The notes: generated from the sequence alone by a model not told the origin. A stretch of DNA of 64,000 nt from Nitrospirales bacterium (GCA_963555755.3 OY820905.2:3648001-3712000); one strand, 5' to 3'; shown: positions 29,228 to 39,912, numbered from the stretch's first letter. Translations and numbers: made by a program.

Positions 29228-29836
29228 ATGGACAAACAAAGACCAGCATCAGATGTGATGAATGCGCGGTTTTCGGTGGCCGGCGTGATTCCTCTGAACA
29301 TCCCCAATGCGCTGACGATTTTGCGGATTTTGTTGATTCCGGTAATCGTCGGGTTTTTGGTATATGGGCATTATGACTATGCGTTGATTACGCTGATTGT
29401 CGCGATGATTACCGATGCGCTGGATGGGACTATTGCCCGACTGGCCAATCAAAAGACGCAGTTTGGCGCGTACCTCGATCCACTTGCGGACAAGCTGCTG
29501 CTCATGACCACGTTCATTACCTTTTCGCTGTTAAGCCTTGTGCCCGTCTGGAGTGTTATTGTAGTGGTCAGCCGCGATGCTATTTTGCTCACGGGTACGT
29601 TGCTTTCTCACGTGACGGACACGAAAATTGATGCTTCTCCCTCCGTGTTGGGCAAAGCGACGACCTTGTTTCAGTCAGCCTACATTATCTTGGTACTTAT
29701 CTTTTCGTCCCGCCAGTTTGATCCCGAGCTCTTGACCCCGCTGTTGTATACGATGTGCATTTTGACTGTCGCATCTGGGCTTCATTATATTATGCGAGGC
29801 GTGAGTAAAATGAATTCCCCGGACGGTAATCCGTAA
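29228..29836 (+). CDS. pgsA: CDP-alcohol phosphatidyltransferase (PgsA-like)
   Basis: NIPNALTILR; DALDGTIAR...GAYLDPLADK signature. Confidence 0.85.
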   Translation: MDKQRPASDVMNARFSVAGVIPLNIPNALTILRILLIPVIVGFLVYGHYDYALITLIVAMITDALDGTIARLANQKTQFGAYLDPLADKLLLMTTFITFSLLSLVPVWSVIVVVSRDAILLTGTLLSHVTDTKIDASPSVLGKATTLFQSAYIILVLIFSSRQFDPELLTPLLYTMCILTVASGLHYIMRGVSKMNSPDGNP

Positions 29837-29854
29837 TTCTATGGTCAATGACGT

Positions 29855-31669
29855 ATGGTTCGCGAGCGGATGGGCAAGTTGTTACTCGAAGCCGGTTGTA
29901 TTTCCGAGGCCCAACTGCATGCTGCGCTTCAAGTCCAACAAGACACCAAGGCCCGGCTTGGCGCCATTCTTGTCGAGCAAGGCGCGATTTCTGAACACAC
30001 CCTTCTGACTTTCCTTGGACAACAGTACGGGTTGCCCGTGCTGCATGATCCTCCCGATTCACCTGATCCTGGTTTAACCCAATTCGTGTCATTCGAATGG
30101 GCCCAACAGCAAGGCATCGTTCCTATCAAAAAAATTGGAAACCGGCTGACGGTGGCTATGGTGAATCCAGCGGATGTGCGTCTGCTCGATGAACTGCGGT
30201 TTCGGACGAACTGTTCGATTATTCCCATGGTAGCGCGTGAAGCCGATGTGTGTAATCGGATTCAGCTCCTGTACGGGAAATCATCTAAAAAATCTCTGCC
30301 TTCCGATTCACCAGTGGTGTCGCGATCAGGAGATAGATTTTCCCATCCAGGCAATGGGGCTGGCGATAACCGACTTCATGACGAAACATCTGAAAATGAT
30401 TCCCTGTTGAATCAGGCGAATATGACTGCCTTACTGGAACGAGCCTCGTCCAGTTTGCTGGATACCCAGCCGACATTACATGGCGAGGTGTTCGTAAAAG
30501 ATGATTCTCCAATTGTTGATTTGGTCACTACCATCGTGGCGAATGCGGCACAGGTCGGGGCGAGTGATATTCACTTTGAGCCATTCGAAACGTCGGTTCG
30601 AGTTCGGTTTCGGTTGGATGGGGTGTTGCAGACACAGATGACCTACCCGCTTCGTCTTCGGAACGCGGTGATTTCACGCCTGAAGATTTTGGCGAAGCTG
30701 GATATTACTGAACGCCGGCTTCCACAAGATGGACGGTTGAGTGTGGATGTGGATCAACAGCGGTCGCTAGATGTGCGGCTGTCTATTTTACCGAGTTTCC
30801 ATGGTGAAAAAGCCGTGTTGCGTTTATTAAACCGGTCAGGACTGACCTTGGATCTTTCAGCCTTGGGATTGGCTGATGCCGAACTTGCGAACTTCCTTGC
30901 CGCGTTAGAGCAACCCGACGGGATGGTTCTGGTTACCGGCCCAACAGGTAGTGGCAAGACCACGACATTGTATTCGGCCTTGCAGGTGTTGAATACTCCT
31001 GATGTCAACATTGTGACCGCTGAAGATCCGATTGAATATCACTTTGCGGGCATTACTCAGGTTCCCATCAAAGAAGAAATTGGCTTGACCTTTGCCACGG
31101 TCCTGCGGGCATTTCTCCGACAAGATCCAGACATCATGATGGTGGGGGAAATCCGTGATTGGGAAACCGCTCAGATTGCGGTGAGGGCCGCGTTGACCGG
31201 GCATCGAGTCCTGTCAACGCTTCATACTGGCGATGCGGTTCGAACGGTCACGCGACTGTTGGACATGGGGGTTGAACCGTTTATGGTGGCATCCTCGCTT
31301 CGTTTGATTGTTGCGCAACGGCTGGTGCGGAAGGTGTGTGCATTGTGCCAGAAGCCTGATCCCATTCCATCTGATCAACTGATGAAGATAGGATTCACCG
31401 AAGAAGAAGCGCACGAGGTGGTGCCGGTACGTGGGCAAGGGTGCCCAGCCTGTCATTCTACCGGGTATCGCGGACGTATCGGGTTGTTCGAAGTCTTGCC
31501 TGTTTCTGAAGCTCTTCAGTCCCTCATCTTGCAGCGGTCTTCGTCGGACCTTCTCCGTCAGCAAGCCCGACAGGAAGGTCTCAAGTCTTTGCGTCAGAAC
31601 GGGTTGAACAAGATTAGGGCTGGGTTGACGACGATTGAGGAAGTAATGAGTGCTTCAACACTGACTTGA
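29855..31669 (+). CDS. pilB: Type IV pilus extension ATPase PilB with MshEN c-di-GMP-binding domain
   Basis: RMGKLLLEAG...LQVQ and RLGAILVEQG motifs; Walker A and B, His box and Zn motif intact. Confidence 0.93.
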   Translation: MVRERMGKLLLEAGCISEAQLHAALQVQQDTKARLGAILVEQGAISEHTLLTFLGQQYGLPVLHDPPDSPDPGLTQFVSFEWAQQQGIVPIKKIGNRLTVAMVNPADVRLLDELRFRTNCSIIPMVAREADVCNRIQLLYGKSSKKSLPSDSPVVSRSGDRFSHPGNGAGDNRLHDETSENDSLLNQANMTALLERASSSLLDTQPTLHGEVFVKDDSPIVDLVTTIVANAAQVGASDIHFEPFETSVRVRFRLDGVLQTQMTYPLRLRNAVISRLKILAKLDITERRLPQDGRLSVDVDQQRSLDVRLSILPSFHGEKAVLRLLNRSGLTLDLSALGLADAELANFLAALEQPDGMVLVTGPTGSGKTTTLYSALQVLNTPDVNIVTAEDPIEYHFAGITQVPIKEEIGLTFATVLRAFLRQDPDIMMVGEIRDWETAQIAVRAALTGHRVLSTLHTGDAVRTVTRLLDMGVEPFMVASSLRLIVAQRLVRKVCALCQKPDPIPSDQLMKIGFTEEEAHEVVPVRGQGCPACHSTGYRGRIGLFEVLPVSEALQSLILQRSSSDLLRQQARQEGLKSLRQNGLNKIRAGLTTIEEVMSASTLT

Positions 31670-31735
31670 CCTCTTTTATCGCTATTTCACTTAGTGTTCG
31701 TTCTCTCCACTGATGGTAAGAAAATAATAGGGTAC

Positions 31736-31821
31736 ATCCGAAGCTCGAATATCGAAATCCGAAACAAAGGAGAATGACCAAATTAAAAATTCGAATTGCG
31801 GATTTATTTCGCATTTCGAGT
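31736..31821. repeat. Heptamer-repeat element (cgaaatc type)
   Basis: atccgaagctcgaatatcgaaatccgaaac is the reverse complement of part of 2690-2732. Confidence 0.65.
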
Positions 31822-31872
31822 TTATGGAACGTATTGGGAATCTATGAAAACGATAAAGGAAATTATTCTGGC

Positions 31873-32967
31873 ATGAGCAATCTCGAAACGTACCTCTCGG
31901 TTTTGGTGCACCGGGGAGGTTCCGATTTGCATCTGGTGGCGAATCGCGTTCCACGGGTTCGGGTGGATGGGCGTCTGTTGGCTCTCAATGAACCGGCGTT
32001 GTCTGTTGAGGATCTGGAAGGTTTGATGAACGAATCCATGTTGTGTCCACAAGGTTCCTCAACAGGTAGATCTGCGCTGACTCAACAGTCTGGAGATGTT
32101 ACCCTTCACCTTGAATCACTCGGTAGATTTCGACTCCATTGTTATTCGCAAGGTGGATTGCCTGCGCTGGCGATTCGATTTATCCCTCTCCATATTCCCT
32201 TGCTCAAGAACTTAGGGCTGCCCCAAGTTCTCGGTGATCTGACGAAAAAATTTCAAGGTCTCCTGATTGTCGCGGGTCCCGCCGGGAGCGGAAAAAGCAC
32301 AACCCTGGCGGCGTTTATCGATAAACTCAATTCTGAACGTCGAGCGCATATCTTGACTCTGGAACAACCCATCGAGTTTCTTCATTCAGATAAAAATGGT
32401 TTCGTGTCACAGCGTGAAATTGCTGGGGATGTTCCCAATATTTCATCGGCCCTTGCGTCTGTCTCACGGGAAGATGCTGATGTGGTCATGATTGGGGACA
32501 GTGGGAATCGTGAGTCAGTCGAGGCCGCGCTTACCCTCGCAGAATCCAGGAATCTTGTTTTGCTGACGATGCAAACGTCATCATGTCTGTTGGCTTTACA
32601 ATGTCTGGTGCAATATTTTCCCGGTGAGGAACAACCATTCATTCGGCATCGCCTCGCCATGGTCCTCGAAGGCATGATTGCGCAAACCTTGATTCCTCGA
32701 ATGAAGGCTGCAGGTCGTGTCTTGGGTCTTGAAATTCTCATGCCGACCGCAGTAATTCGTGGTTTGATTCGAGAAGACAAAATTCGGCAAATTTACTCCA
32801 TCATGCAAACCGGACAAGCCAAACACGGCATGCAGACGATGAATCAAGCCCTTGTGGATCTCTATCGGCGTCGCTTAATTTCTGTTTCGGCGGCACTCGC
32901 GCATTCGAATGTGCCCGATGAATTACAGCAAATGATTCATCGAACGGATGCGAGATTGCGGGGATAA
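31873..32967 (+). CDS. pilT: PilT-like retraction ATPase with degenerate catalytic motifs
   Basis: GGSDLHL, Walker A GPAGSGKST, SQREI, VIRGLIRE, GMQTMNQAL; but TLEQPIE, IGDSGN and TMQT. Confidence 0.85.
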   Translation: MSNLETYLSVLVHRGGSDLHLVANRVPRVRVDGRLLALNEPALSVEDLEGLMNESMLCPQGSSTGRSALTQQSGDVTLHLESLGRFRLHCYSQGGLPALAIRFIPLHIPLLKNLGLPQVLGDLTKKFQGLLIVAGPAGSGKSTTLAAFIDKLNSERRAHILTLEQPIEFLHSDKNGFVSQREIAGDVPNISSALASVSREDADVVMIGDSGNRESVEAALTLAESRNLVLLTMQTSSCLLALQCLVQYFPGEEQPFIRHRLAMVLEGMIAQTLIPRMKAAGRVLGLEILMPTAVIRGLIREDKIRQIYSIMQTGQAKHGMQTMNQALVDLYRRRLISVSAALAHSNVPDELQQMIHRTDARLRG

Positions 32968-32972
32968 AAAAA

Positions 32973-33043
32973 CCGTATCTCGTGATTCGTATCTCGCATC
33001 TCGTTTTTTCTCCACGAAATACGAGATATGAGATACGAACGAC
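32973..33043. repeat. Heptamer-repeat hairpin
   Basis: tcgtatctcgcatctcgt/acgagatatgagatacga. Confidence 0.65.
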
Positions 33044-33062
33044 CTTCTTTTCTTTAAGAAAT

Positions 33063-34274
33063 ATGCCAGTCTTCGTCTATCATGGCCAGTCCCGGCAAGG
33101 TCGGCGGCGGCGTGGAGAAATTTTCGCGACCGACCGTCAGGATGCTGCTCGTGTATTGCGAAAACAGGATATTGTTACCACTTCTATCCGTGAGAAACCT
33201 GCACCAGTTTCGTTCACCCTATTTTCTTTAAGGACCCGGCGGGTGAAGCCTCGTGAGTTGGTGGTGTTCACCCTGCAATTGGCCACATTGGTGAAAGCCG
33301 GCGTTCCGCTTCTGCAAGGTTTGACCACGTTGGCTCGGCATAGTTCTGATTCAACCTTGCGAGATATTCTCTACGATGTGGGGCAATGCGTGAAATCCGG
33401 TAATCCCTTGGGAGCGTCGTTGCGAGCGCATCCTGAAGTGTTTTCTCCCTGGTATGTGGGGATGGTTGAAGCGGGGGAGGCGATTGGGGCGCTCGATGTG
33501 ACACTGCAGCGCCTCGCCGATTCTTTAGAAAAGCGCTTGAATCTTATGCACCAAGTTCGGGCGGCACTCGTGTATCCCTTGGTGGTGTTTGTGGTGGCGC
33601 TTTCCGTGCTCACCGTCCTTGTGATGTGGGTGATCCCCATGTTTGGGCCGCTGTTCACTGATTTCGGTGATGCCTTACCATGGCCAACGGCGGTGGTGCT
33701 TCAGGCCAGTGCCTTCATAAATTCACATATCCTCTTGCTGCTGGGTCTTGGGGTGGGTGTTGGGTTGTTGCTGAAGAAAATCCTGCGTACGGATTCGGGG
33801 CAAGTCTATCGAGAATATCTGTTGCTGAAAGTGCCGTTGATGGGAACCGTGCTGTTTAAAACAGCCTTGGTGCATTTCACCCGTACGTTAAGCGGACTGT
33901 TAAGAAGCGGCGTGCCCATCTTGGAGAGTCTCTCTCTTGCAGGTCGCACCTCTGGGTTGCGTCGGCTGGAGCACGCGCTTCGTGATGCCCAGCGCAGCGT
34001 GGGCGAAGGCCATTCCCTGGCCGATCCTTTACTAGCCAGCGGCGTGTTCCCTCCGTTTGTGACGGAAATGGTGCGAGTCGGTGAATCAACCGGAGCATTG
34101 GATACAACACTGGAGAAAGTGGCGGATCTGTATGAGCAAGAAGTGAATCGGGATATTCTGTCCTTAACAGCTCTGATTGAACCGCTCATCATTGTGGTGT
34201 TAGGCATCGGCATTGGTTTTATTGTGGTGGCCATGTATCTTCCGATCTTTAACATGGCGTCGGTCGTTGGATAG
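33063..34274 (+). CDS. pilC: PilC platform protein
   Basis: FTLQLATLVKAGVPL, AALVYP, VGESTGALD, MYLPIF. Confidence 0.93.
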   Translation: MPVFVYHGQSRQGRRRRGEIFATDRQDAARVLRKQDIVTTSIREKPAPVSFTLFSLRTRRVKPRELVVFTLQLATLVKAGVPLLQGLTTLARHSSDSTLRDILYDVGQCVKSGNPLGASLRAHPEVFSPWYVGMVEAGEAIGALDVTLQRLADSLEKRLNLMHQVRAALVYPLVVFVVALSVLTVLVMWVIPMFGPLFTDFGDALPWPTAVVLQASAFINSHILLLLGLGVGVGLLLKKILRTDSGQVYREYLLLKVPLMGTVLFKTALVHFTRTLSGLLRSGVPILESLSLAGRTSGLRRLEHALRDAQRSVGEGHSLADPLLASGVFPPFVTEMVRVGESTGALDTTLEKVADLYEQEVNRDILSLTALIEPLIIVVLGIGIGFIVVAMYLPIFNMASVVG

Positions 34275-34419
34275 GGGGAATGTTGAAAAAGCATGCCCCC
34301 GCGGAGGCGGGGGGGCGTCAGCGGCGTTCTCGGCCCTTTGTCGTGCTCACGTACTGTGAGTACGCTCCACGCGTCAAAGTGCCTGCGGCCTTGCTGAGCG
34401 CACCTTTTTGAACATCCCC
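34275..34419. mobile_element. MITE family E (reverse), abutting the pilC stop codon
   Basis: gggaatgttgaaaaa ... tttttgaacatcccc; core is the reverse complement of the 2823 copy. Confidence 0.85.
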
Positions 34420-34441
34420 TGTTGCTTTTGGCGTTTCATAA

Positions 34442-34598
34442 GGGTTCGCGGAAGAATAACTTCATCTGGTTGGGTGCTGAGACACCTGTCTGGCAAGGCG
34501 CGAGGACTGCGCATACTCCCCGTATGGAAAGGACGAGCAACGCCGCCAGGCGGGATGGATCGACGCCCAAACAGGGGAAGGTATTCTTCCGCGCGCCC
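34442..34598. mobile_element. MITE family A with TAA target duplication
   Basis: caTAA-gggttcgcg...gcgcgccc-TAAgatgag; empty site gtttcaTAAgatgag near 8451-8465. Confidence 0.9.
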
Positions 34599-34686
34599 TA
34601 AGATGAGTTGCATGTGAACGGCATTATGAAAATTTTTCAATTATTCCACGGTTCCATAGTCTCAAACTGGATTTATTGGGTGGTCT

Positions 34687-35616
34687 GTGACTAATAACGA
34701 ACAACAGATTCGTCTATACCCTCCGGCCAAGGTGAATCTTATTTTGCGTGTTGGAGAGCGTTTGTCCAATGGCTATCATGCTTTGTGGTCGCTCATGCAG
34801 ACGGTGGGGTTGACGGATGAATTGACCATTAGAATTGATTCGTCGTTCACGGGGATTCGGTTTGAATGTGCGGGTCTCGAATTGTCACAAGCAACTGACA
34901 ACCTCGTGTATCAAGCCGCTGACCTTGTATTGCAAGAAACCGGGTCTACTGTAGGGGTGGAAATTTCTTTGCGAAAACACATTCCTGTTGCTGCCGGTTT
35001 GGGAGGCGGAAGTAGTGATGCCGCTGCCACGATTATGGGATTAAATCGTGTGTTAGGATGTGGCTGGTCTTTGTCGGAAATGATTTCTCTCGGTCAGCGG
35101 CTCGGGAGTGATGTGCCATTTTTTTTCGCCGCTCCGACCGCGGTGATTCAGGGCGTGGGTGAACGAATTTCACCAGTCACTCTTGCCGGCGATCGTTGGA
35201 TTCTCTTGGTCAATCCTGGCTTTCCGATCCACACGAAGTTAGCCTATCAACGGTTGGATGAAGGCAGAGGTGCCGGCTTTCAATCTGACAATCACTTCCC
35301 TGATTTGAATGGAACAGCTCCTTTGTCTTGGGATGATGTGTTACCCCTCATCAAAAATGATTTCGAGGATGTGCTGTTGGACGATTATCCAGAGCTGGCT
35401 CATATCAAAACAGCTTTATTGACAGCTGGAGCAGAGGCCGCGCTCGTGTCCGGGAGTGGGGCGACCATATTTGGAATATTTTCTGATGAATCGAAGGCTC
35501 AGCACGCGAGAAGGCAGTTGGCCGATTTACCTCAATGGCGCGTGTTTGTGGTGCCGGTAAAGAGAGTCGGTCTTTTGGAGTCAGGTGAGGAGTCGGGAGT
35601 AAAGAGTGAGGAGTAG
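34687..35616 (+). CDS. ispE: 4-diphosphocytidyl-2-C-methyl-D-erythritol kinase
   Basis: PAKVNL, IPVAAGLGGGSSDAA, GSDVPFF, SGSGAT. Confidence 0.95.
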   Translation: MTNNEQQIRLYPPAKVNLILRVGERLSNGYHALWSLMQTVGLTDELTIRIDSSFTGIRFECAGLELSQATDNLVYQAADLVLQETGSTVGVEISLRKHIPVAAGLGGGSSDAAATIMGLNRVLGCGWSLSEMISLGQRLGSDVPFFFAAPTAVIQGVGERISPVTLAGDRWILLVNPGFPIHTKLAYQRLDEGRGAGFQSDNHFPDLNGTAPLSWDDVLPLIKNDFEDVLLDDYPELAHIKTALLTAGAEAALVSGSGATIFGIFSDESKAQHARRQLADLPQWRVFVVPVKRVGLLESGEESGVKSEE

Positions 35617-35785
35617 AAAGGGACTTCGTGCTTTTCCCTCTGGCTCCTCACTTTGTACTTCTGACTATTTTCTCAGGAAAAGTCATTCAGTTGACAAAAT
35701 CCGAAGGATGACCTAAATACGGGGCTCAACCGAAAAGTTTTCTTTCTTTTGTGCTTGCCATTTCAACCAATTTCTCACCCACGCT

Positions 35786-36727
35786 ATGAATCCTGAATTA
35801 AAGATTTTTTCTGGGAATGCCAATCTGGCGCTGGCTCAAGAGATTTGCGCCTACCTGGAAGTTCCATTGGCAAAGGCCACGGTGTCTACCTTTAGCGACG
35901 GGGAGACTCGGGTCAAAATCGAAGAAAATGTGCGGGGTTGCGACGTGTTTGTGATGCAATCCTGTTGTAATCCAGTGAATACCTCGGTCATGGAATTATT
36001 GATCATGCTCGATGCGCTGAAACGGTCATCAGCCTTTCGCATTACGGCAGTGATCCCGTATTTTGGCTATGGCCGGCAAGACCGGAAAGATCAACCTCGT
36101 GTGCCGATTAGTGCCAAACTGATGGCGGATTTGATTACCATTGCCGGTGCCCATCGTGTCCTGACGATGGATCTGCACGCCGGCCCCATTCAAGGATTTT
36201 TCAATATTCCAGTTGATCATTTGTATGCGCGACCGGTCCTGCTGGATTATGTCAAGAAAAGTGAATTCGGAGATTTGGTCGTGGTGTCGCCCGATGCCGG
36301 TGGTGTGGAACGAGCGCGTGGGTTCGCCAAGCGATTGGAAGCGAATTTAGCCATCATCGATAAGCGGCGCGAAGGGCCTAATCAAGCCAAGGTCATGAAC
36401 ATCATTGGGGATGTGAAAGATCGTCATGTTTTGCTCCTGGATGACATGATTGACACCGCGGGGACTATTGTCGAAACCGGCAAAGCATGCGCCGACAATG
36501 GGGCATCGAGTGTGTGGGCGGTGTGCACGCACCCGGTCCTTTCCGGTCCAGCCATTGAACGAATTGAAGAGTCCTGTCTTACGCAGGTGGTGGCTACCAA
36601 TTCCATTCCCCTTCGAGGACAAGCCCAGCAATGTCCGAAAATTCGGATCCTCTCCGTTGCGCCCCTGTTAGGGGAAGCTATTCAACGTATCCATCAAGAG
36701 CAATCCGTCACATCCTTATTTGAATAA
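35786..36727 (+). CDS. prs: Ribose-phosphate pyrophosphokinase
   Basis: [32 protein letters not shown]. Confidence 0.97.
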   Translation: MNPELKIFSGNANLALAQEICAYLEVPLAKATVSTFSDGETRVKIEENVRGCDVFVMQSCCNPVNTSVMELLIMLDALKRSSAFRITAVIPYFGYGRQDRKDQPRVPISAKLMADLITIAGAHRVLTMDLHAGPIQGFFNIPVDHLYARPVLLDYVKKSEFGDLVVVSPDAGGVERARGFAKRLEANLAIIDKRREGPNQAKVMNIIGDVKDRHVLLLDDMIDTAGTIVETGKACADNGASSVWAVCTHPVLSGPAIERIEESCLTQVVATNSIPLRGQAQQCPKIRILSVAPLLGEAIQRIHQEQSVTSLFE

Positions 36728-36865
36728 CCCCCTTTTTATTCAGTGCCCAATTCTGTAGAATACACGGGTCATGTGTCGAACCTACTGAGTTGAAACCAAA
36801 TGAGGCCTTGGGTCGTCATCCATACATTTTATGGATGAGTTCATATTTTAGCGTGAGGGGATCAT

Positions 36866-37567
36866 ATGAAGTTTGTCGCTGAAGCTACAGCACGGAAAGA
36901 AACAGGAAAAGGTGTCGCCCGCCAAATTCGCCGGGCCGGGAGAATTCCCGCCGTCATATATGGCCAAGGGGAATCACACCTGCTGGAATTGGATCCCGCC
37001 GCTGTTCGAAAAATCCTGATTACCCAAGCGGGGAGTACGGGATTAATTTCGCTCCGTATCATGGGTGGTTCGGAGGAAATCCAGAGGACGGCAATCATTC
37101 ATGATTATCAGGTCGATCCTATTACCAGTTCTTTGTTGCATGTTGATTTTCTCGAAGTTGCGATGGATAAAGTGGTTCGCGTTCAAGTCCAAGTCCATGT
37201 GACAGGCAGCGTCCCTGTTGGAGTCAAGATCGATAAAGGTGTGCTGCATCAGTCCATACGCGAATTGCACATCGAATGTCTTCCCAACGCCATCCCCGAC
37301 CAGATCGATGTTGATGCCTCGGAATTAGGCCTTGGTCAGGGGATTCACGTGCGGGAGGTGCATGCGGGTGAGGGCATAAAAATTCTCGACGATCCCAATG
37401 GTATGGTGGTGAACGTGGCTGCGCCAATTTCAGAAGAAAAATTGGCAGCGATGTTGACTGGTGAAGCCGGAGAAGCTGTTGTTGCGCAGCCAGAAGTTGT
37501 CGTGGCAGATACAGTCAAGACTGAAGCGGCTCCTGCCGATACCAAAGCCCCTGAAACGAAAAAATAA
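36866..37567 (+). CDS. rplY: 50S ribosomal protein L25/Ctc
   Basis: GKGVARQIRRAGRIPAVIYG, HVDF. Confidence 0.95.
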   Translation: MKFVAEATARKETGKGVARQIRRAGRIPAVIYGQGESHLLELDPAAVRKILITQAGSTGLISLRIMGGSEEIQRTAIIHDYQVDPITSSLLHVDFLEVAMDKVVRVQVQVHVTGSVPVGVKIDKGVLHQSIRELHIECLPNAIPDQIDVDASELGLGQGIHVREVHAGEGIKILDDPNGMVVNVAAPISEEKLAAMLTGEAGEAVVAQPEVVVADTVKTEAAPADTKAPETKK

Positions 37568-37570
37568 CCC

Positions 37571-38140
37571 TTGCATCTCATCGTTGGTCTCGGGAACCCC
37601 GGTTCCAAGTACGCCGCTACGAGGCATAACATCGGGTGGAATGTTGTTGCCCGAGCCGCTTCGCAATGGTCCATTGGTATTTCTCCCTCCTCTACAGGTT
37701 ATGCGGGACAAGGTCAGTTAGACAAAACTCCTGTTGTCTTGGCCTTGCCGTTGACATGGATGAATCTCAGCGGCGAGGTGGTAGAATCGTTGGTGAGGGA
37801 ATATGGGATTGCCAGCGATCATTTGATCGTGGTCCATGATGATGTTGATTTGCCCGTTGGCCGATTGCGAATAAAGTTTGGTGGTGGTACTGGTGGTCAT
37901 AATGGATTGCTCTCCATCATCTTGGCTTTGGATGTCGAAGGGTTTTACCGTCTGAAATTTGGGATTGGTCGACCGGAACCTAGTCAAGAAACCGCTGATT
38001 TTGTGCTGGCTCCATTTGGGGAGTCGGAACTATCGGCTATTGATACCATGATCGATCAATCGGTTGAGGCGCTTAAATGTTTGGTCGTTGATGGGGCCAC
38101 AGAGGCCATGAATCGATTTAATCCACGAGCACAGGAGTAA
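37571..38140 (+). CDS. pth: Peptidyl-tRNA hydrolase
   Basis: GLGNPG, TRHNIG, MNLSG, HDD, GGHNGL. Confidence 0.95.
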   Translation: MHLIVGLGNPGSKYAATRHNIGWNVVARAASQWSIGISPSSTGYAGQGQLDKTPVVLALPLTWMNLSGEVVESLVREYGIASDHLIVVHDDVDLPVGRLRIKFGGGTGGHNGLLSIILALDVEGFYRLKFGIGRPEPSQETADFVLAPFGESELSAIDTMIDQSVEALKCLVVDGATEAMNRFNPRAQE

Positions 38141-38167
38141 GTGGGGACATAAAGCTCGAAATTCTAA

Positions 38168-38347
38168 GGACCTGCGAGAAAATAACTTGATCAATATCGC
38201 GCCAAGATGTGGGTCGGATTTGGACGGAACGATTGAGAAACACCCGAGGCATAGCACAGCTATGGTGAGGGTGTTTCGATTGAGGCCCGTTCAAAGATGG
38301 CCCGAAGATTGGATGCGAGATTGATCAAGTTATTTTCTCGCAGGTCC
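38168..38347. mobile_element. MITE family G inserted in a heptamer-repeat hairpin
   Basis: Long inverted repeat ggacctgcgagaaaataacttgatcaat/attgatcaagttattttctcgcaggtcc; TAA duplication; flanked by cgaaat-type repeats (38150-38473). Confidence 0.9.
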
Positions 38348-38605
38348 TAAGCACCAATCTCAAACAAATTCCAAATTCGAATAACAAATTTTCCAAGCCA
38401 TCCAGTCAAATTTTTGAGATTGGAATTTTGATCATTGGGATTTTATTCGAATGTCGAATGTCGTGCTTCGGATTGTTCTTACCCTGATTGACATACCATC
38501 TTGTTTGACAGTTATTTCTGGCCTATGATAGGGTCGTTTCCCTTGTGGGAAAGCCGTTCGGTGAAGGTAGAAGTCTGGGACTTTGCTGGGAAATGAGGGT
38601 GATAC

Positions 38606-38947
38606 ATGGCGTTTTATGAGTCGATTTTCATTCTACGATCGTCGCTGTCTGATGAAGAAACTGCTGCGGTCCAGGAAAAAATGAAGGGGGCCTTGGAGAA
38701 GCATGGGGCTTCAATCATCAAAGTAGAAAATTGGGGTAAGAAGAAGTTGGCCTATGAGGTTGCTCATGATCGACGAGGAACCTATACCCTTCTTCAATTT
38801 GAAGCTGGTGGAAATGTCATCAGTGAGTTAGAGCGGATGTATCGGTTAGAAGACTCCGTGTTAAAATTTTTGACCGTCCGTGTTAAAAAAGTAGACCTCC
38901 AAGAAGCAGCCGTTGAAACTGTGGAGTCTGACAGTGGTGGGGTTTAA
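38606..38947 (+). CDS. rpsF: 30S ribosomal protein S6
   Basis: YESIFIL, WGKKKLAYEV. Confidence 0.95.
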   Translation: MAFYESIFILRSSLSDEETAAVQEKMKGALEKHGASIIKVENWGKKKLAYEVAHDRRGTYTLLQFEAGGNVISELERMYRLEDSVLKFLTVRVKKVDLQEAAVETVESDSGGV

Positions 38948-39341
38948 CAAAGTTATTCTGATCGGGAATCTGACCAGAAACCCTGAACTTCGATACACTC
39001 CGAGCGGCACGCCTGTTGCGAATTTTGGATTAGCGGTGAATCGTCGTTTTAAGCAGGCAGATGATCAAAAAGAAGAAGTGTGTTACATCGATATCGTGGT
39101 GTTTGGGAAACAAGCCGAACTTTGCGGGCAATATCTCAGTAAAGGAGACGGCGCGATTATTGATGGTCGACTTCAGCAGCGGCGATGGGAAACAGATGAT
39201 GGACAACGTCGCAGTAAGCATGAGGTCGTGGCTCAATCTGTGACGTTTCTTCCCAAACGACAGGGACAGAGTTCCGACATGGGTGGTGCAGAGGAAGAAT
39301 ACCATCCCGATCCCTCCAATGAGGGCGGAGAGGATGCGTAA
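38934..39341 (+). CDS. ssb: Single-stranded DNA-binding protein
   Basis: FNKVILIGNLTRNPELRYTPSG; lies between rpsF and rpsR. Confidence 0.95.
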   Translation: MVGFNKVILIGNLTRNPELRYTPSGTPVANFGLAVNRRFKQADDQKEEVCYIDIVVFGKQAELCGQYLSKGDGAIIDGRLQQRRWETDDGQRRSKHEVVAQSVTFLPKRQGQSSDMGGAEEEYHPDPSNEGGEDA

Positions 39342-39350
39342 CAGGCTGTG

Positions 39351-39408
39351 AATGTTGAAAAATGGCGTCAGCCTTCGCCAAGGCTACGGCGGGCTTTTTC
39401 AACACCCC
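39351..39408. repeat. Minimal E-type shell enclosing a gccttcgccaaggctacggc module
   Basis: tgttgaaaaa ... tttttcaaca inverted repeat. Confidence 0.6.
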
Positions 39409-39431
39409 TAAAGATGGTAGGAGATTGAAAC

Positions 39432-39662
39432 GTGGAAAGAGGTAGTAGGCTTTTTCAGCGGCATCGAGTGTGTCGGTTTTGTCATGAGCAAACCCCTTTG
39501 GATTTTAAAGATGTGCCGTTATTACGAAATTTCTTGACAGAACGTGGTCGGATTATTCCAAGGCGGACCTCGGGAAATTGTATGCGGCATCAACGGAAAC
39601 TTACCCTTGCAATAAAACGCGCCAGAAGTATTGCTCTGTTGGCCTTTGCCGAGGAGCGATAA
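39432..39662 (+). CDS. rpsR: 30S ribosomal protein S18
   Basis: [31 protein letters not shown]. Confidence 0.95.
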   Translation: MERGSRLFQRHRVCRFCHEQTPLDFKDVPLLRNFLTERGRIIPRRTSGNCMRHQRKLTLAIKRARSIALLAFAEER

Positions 39663-39685
39663 ACGCTTCTGAAGGTCCGTGATGG

Positions 39686-39720
39686 CAGCGAGAGGGGTGC
39701 CCCTCGCTGTTCACTTCTTT
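39686..39720 (+). terminator. Putative intrinsic terminator after rpsR
   Basis: cagcgag...ctcgctg GC-rich hairpin with T-rich tail. Confidence 0.5.
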
Positions 39721-39755
39721 AGATTGCGTGTTGGGTTGAATACGTTAAAATGGAA

Positions 39756-39912
39756 GTCACTACTCAGGTTGCTTCCCTTTTGGCTCAGGACAAGCCGTGA
39801 GGAGCGCAGAACCGACCCCTATTGAGCCTGTCCTGAGGTCCGTGAAGGATGAGGATTCGAGTACCACAGCAACGCCGTCATGAGCCAAAAGGGAAGTGAC
39901 CTGGGTGGGTAC
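39756..39912. mobile_element. MITE family H (empty)
   Basis: actcaggttgcttcccttttggctca/tgagccaaaagggaagtgacctgggt; reverse copy at 40797-41280. Confidence 0.8.

Noticed and set aside
31774..33062. N-terminal extensions of pilT and pilC in the ORF track (similarly yceD, folD, rnc, pgsA, ssb)
   Set aside because: Extensions translate repeat, promoter or upstream-gene sequence; downstream starts fit the family N-termini better
35617..35785. tRNA-Gln often found between ispE and prs
   Set aside because: No cloverleaf present; only a heptamer hairpin and a promoter-like sequence
38530..38605. S6:S18 ribosomal leader upstream of rpsF
   Set aside because: cccttg and ccg motifs are present, but I cannot confirm the fold without a covariance search
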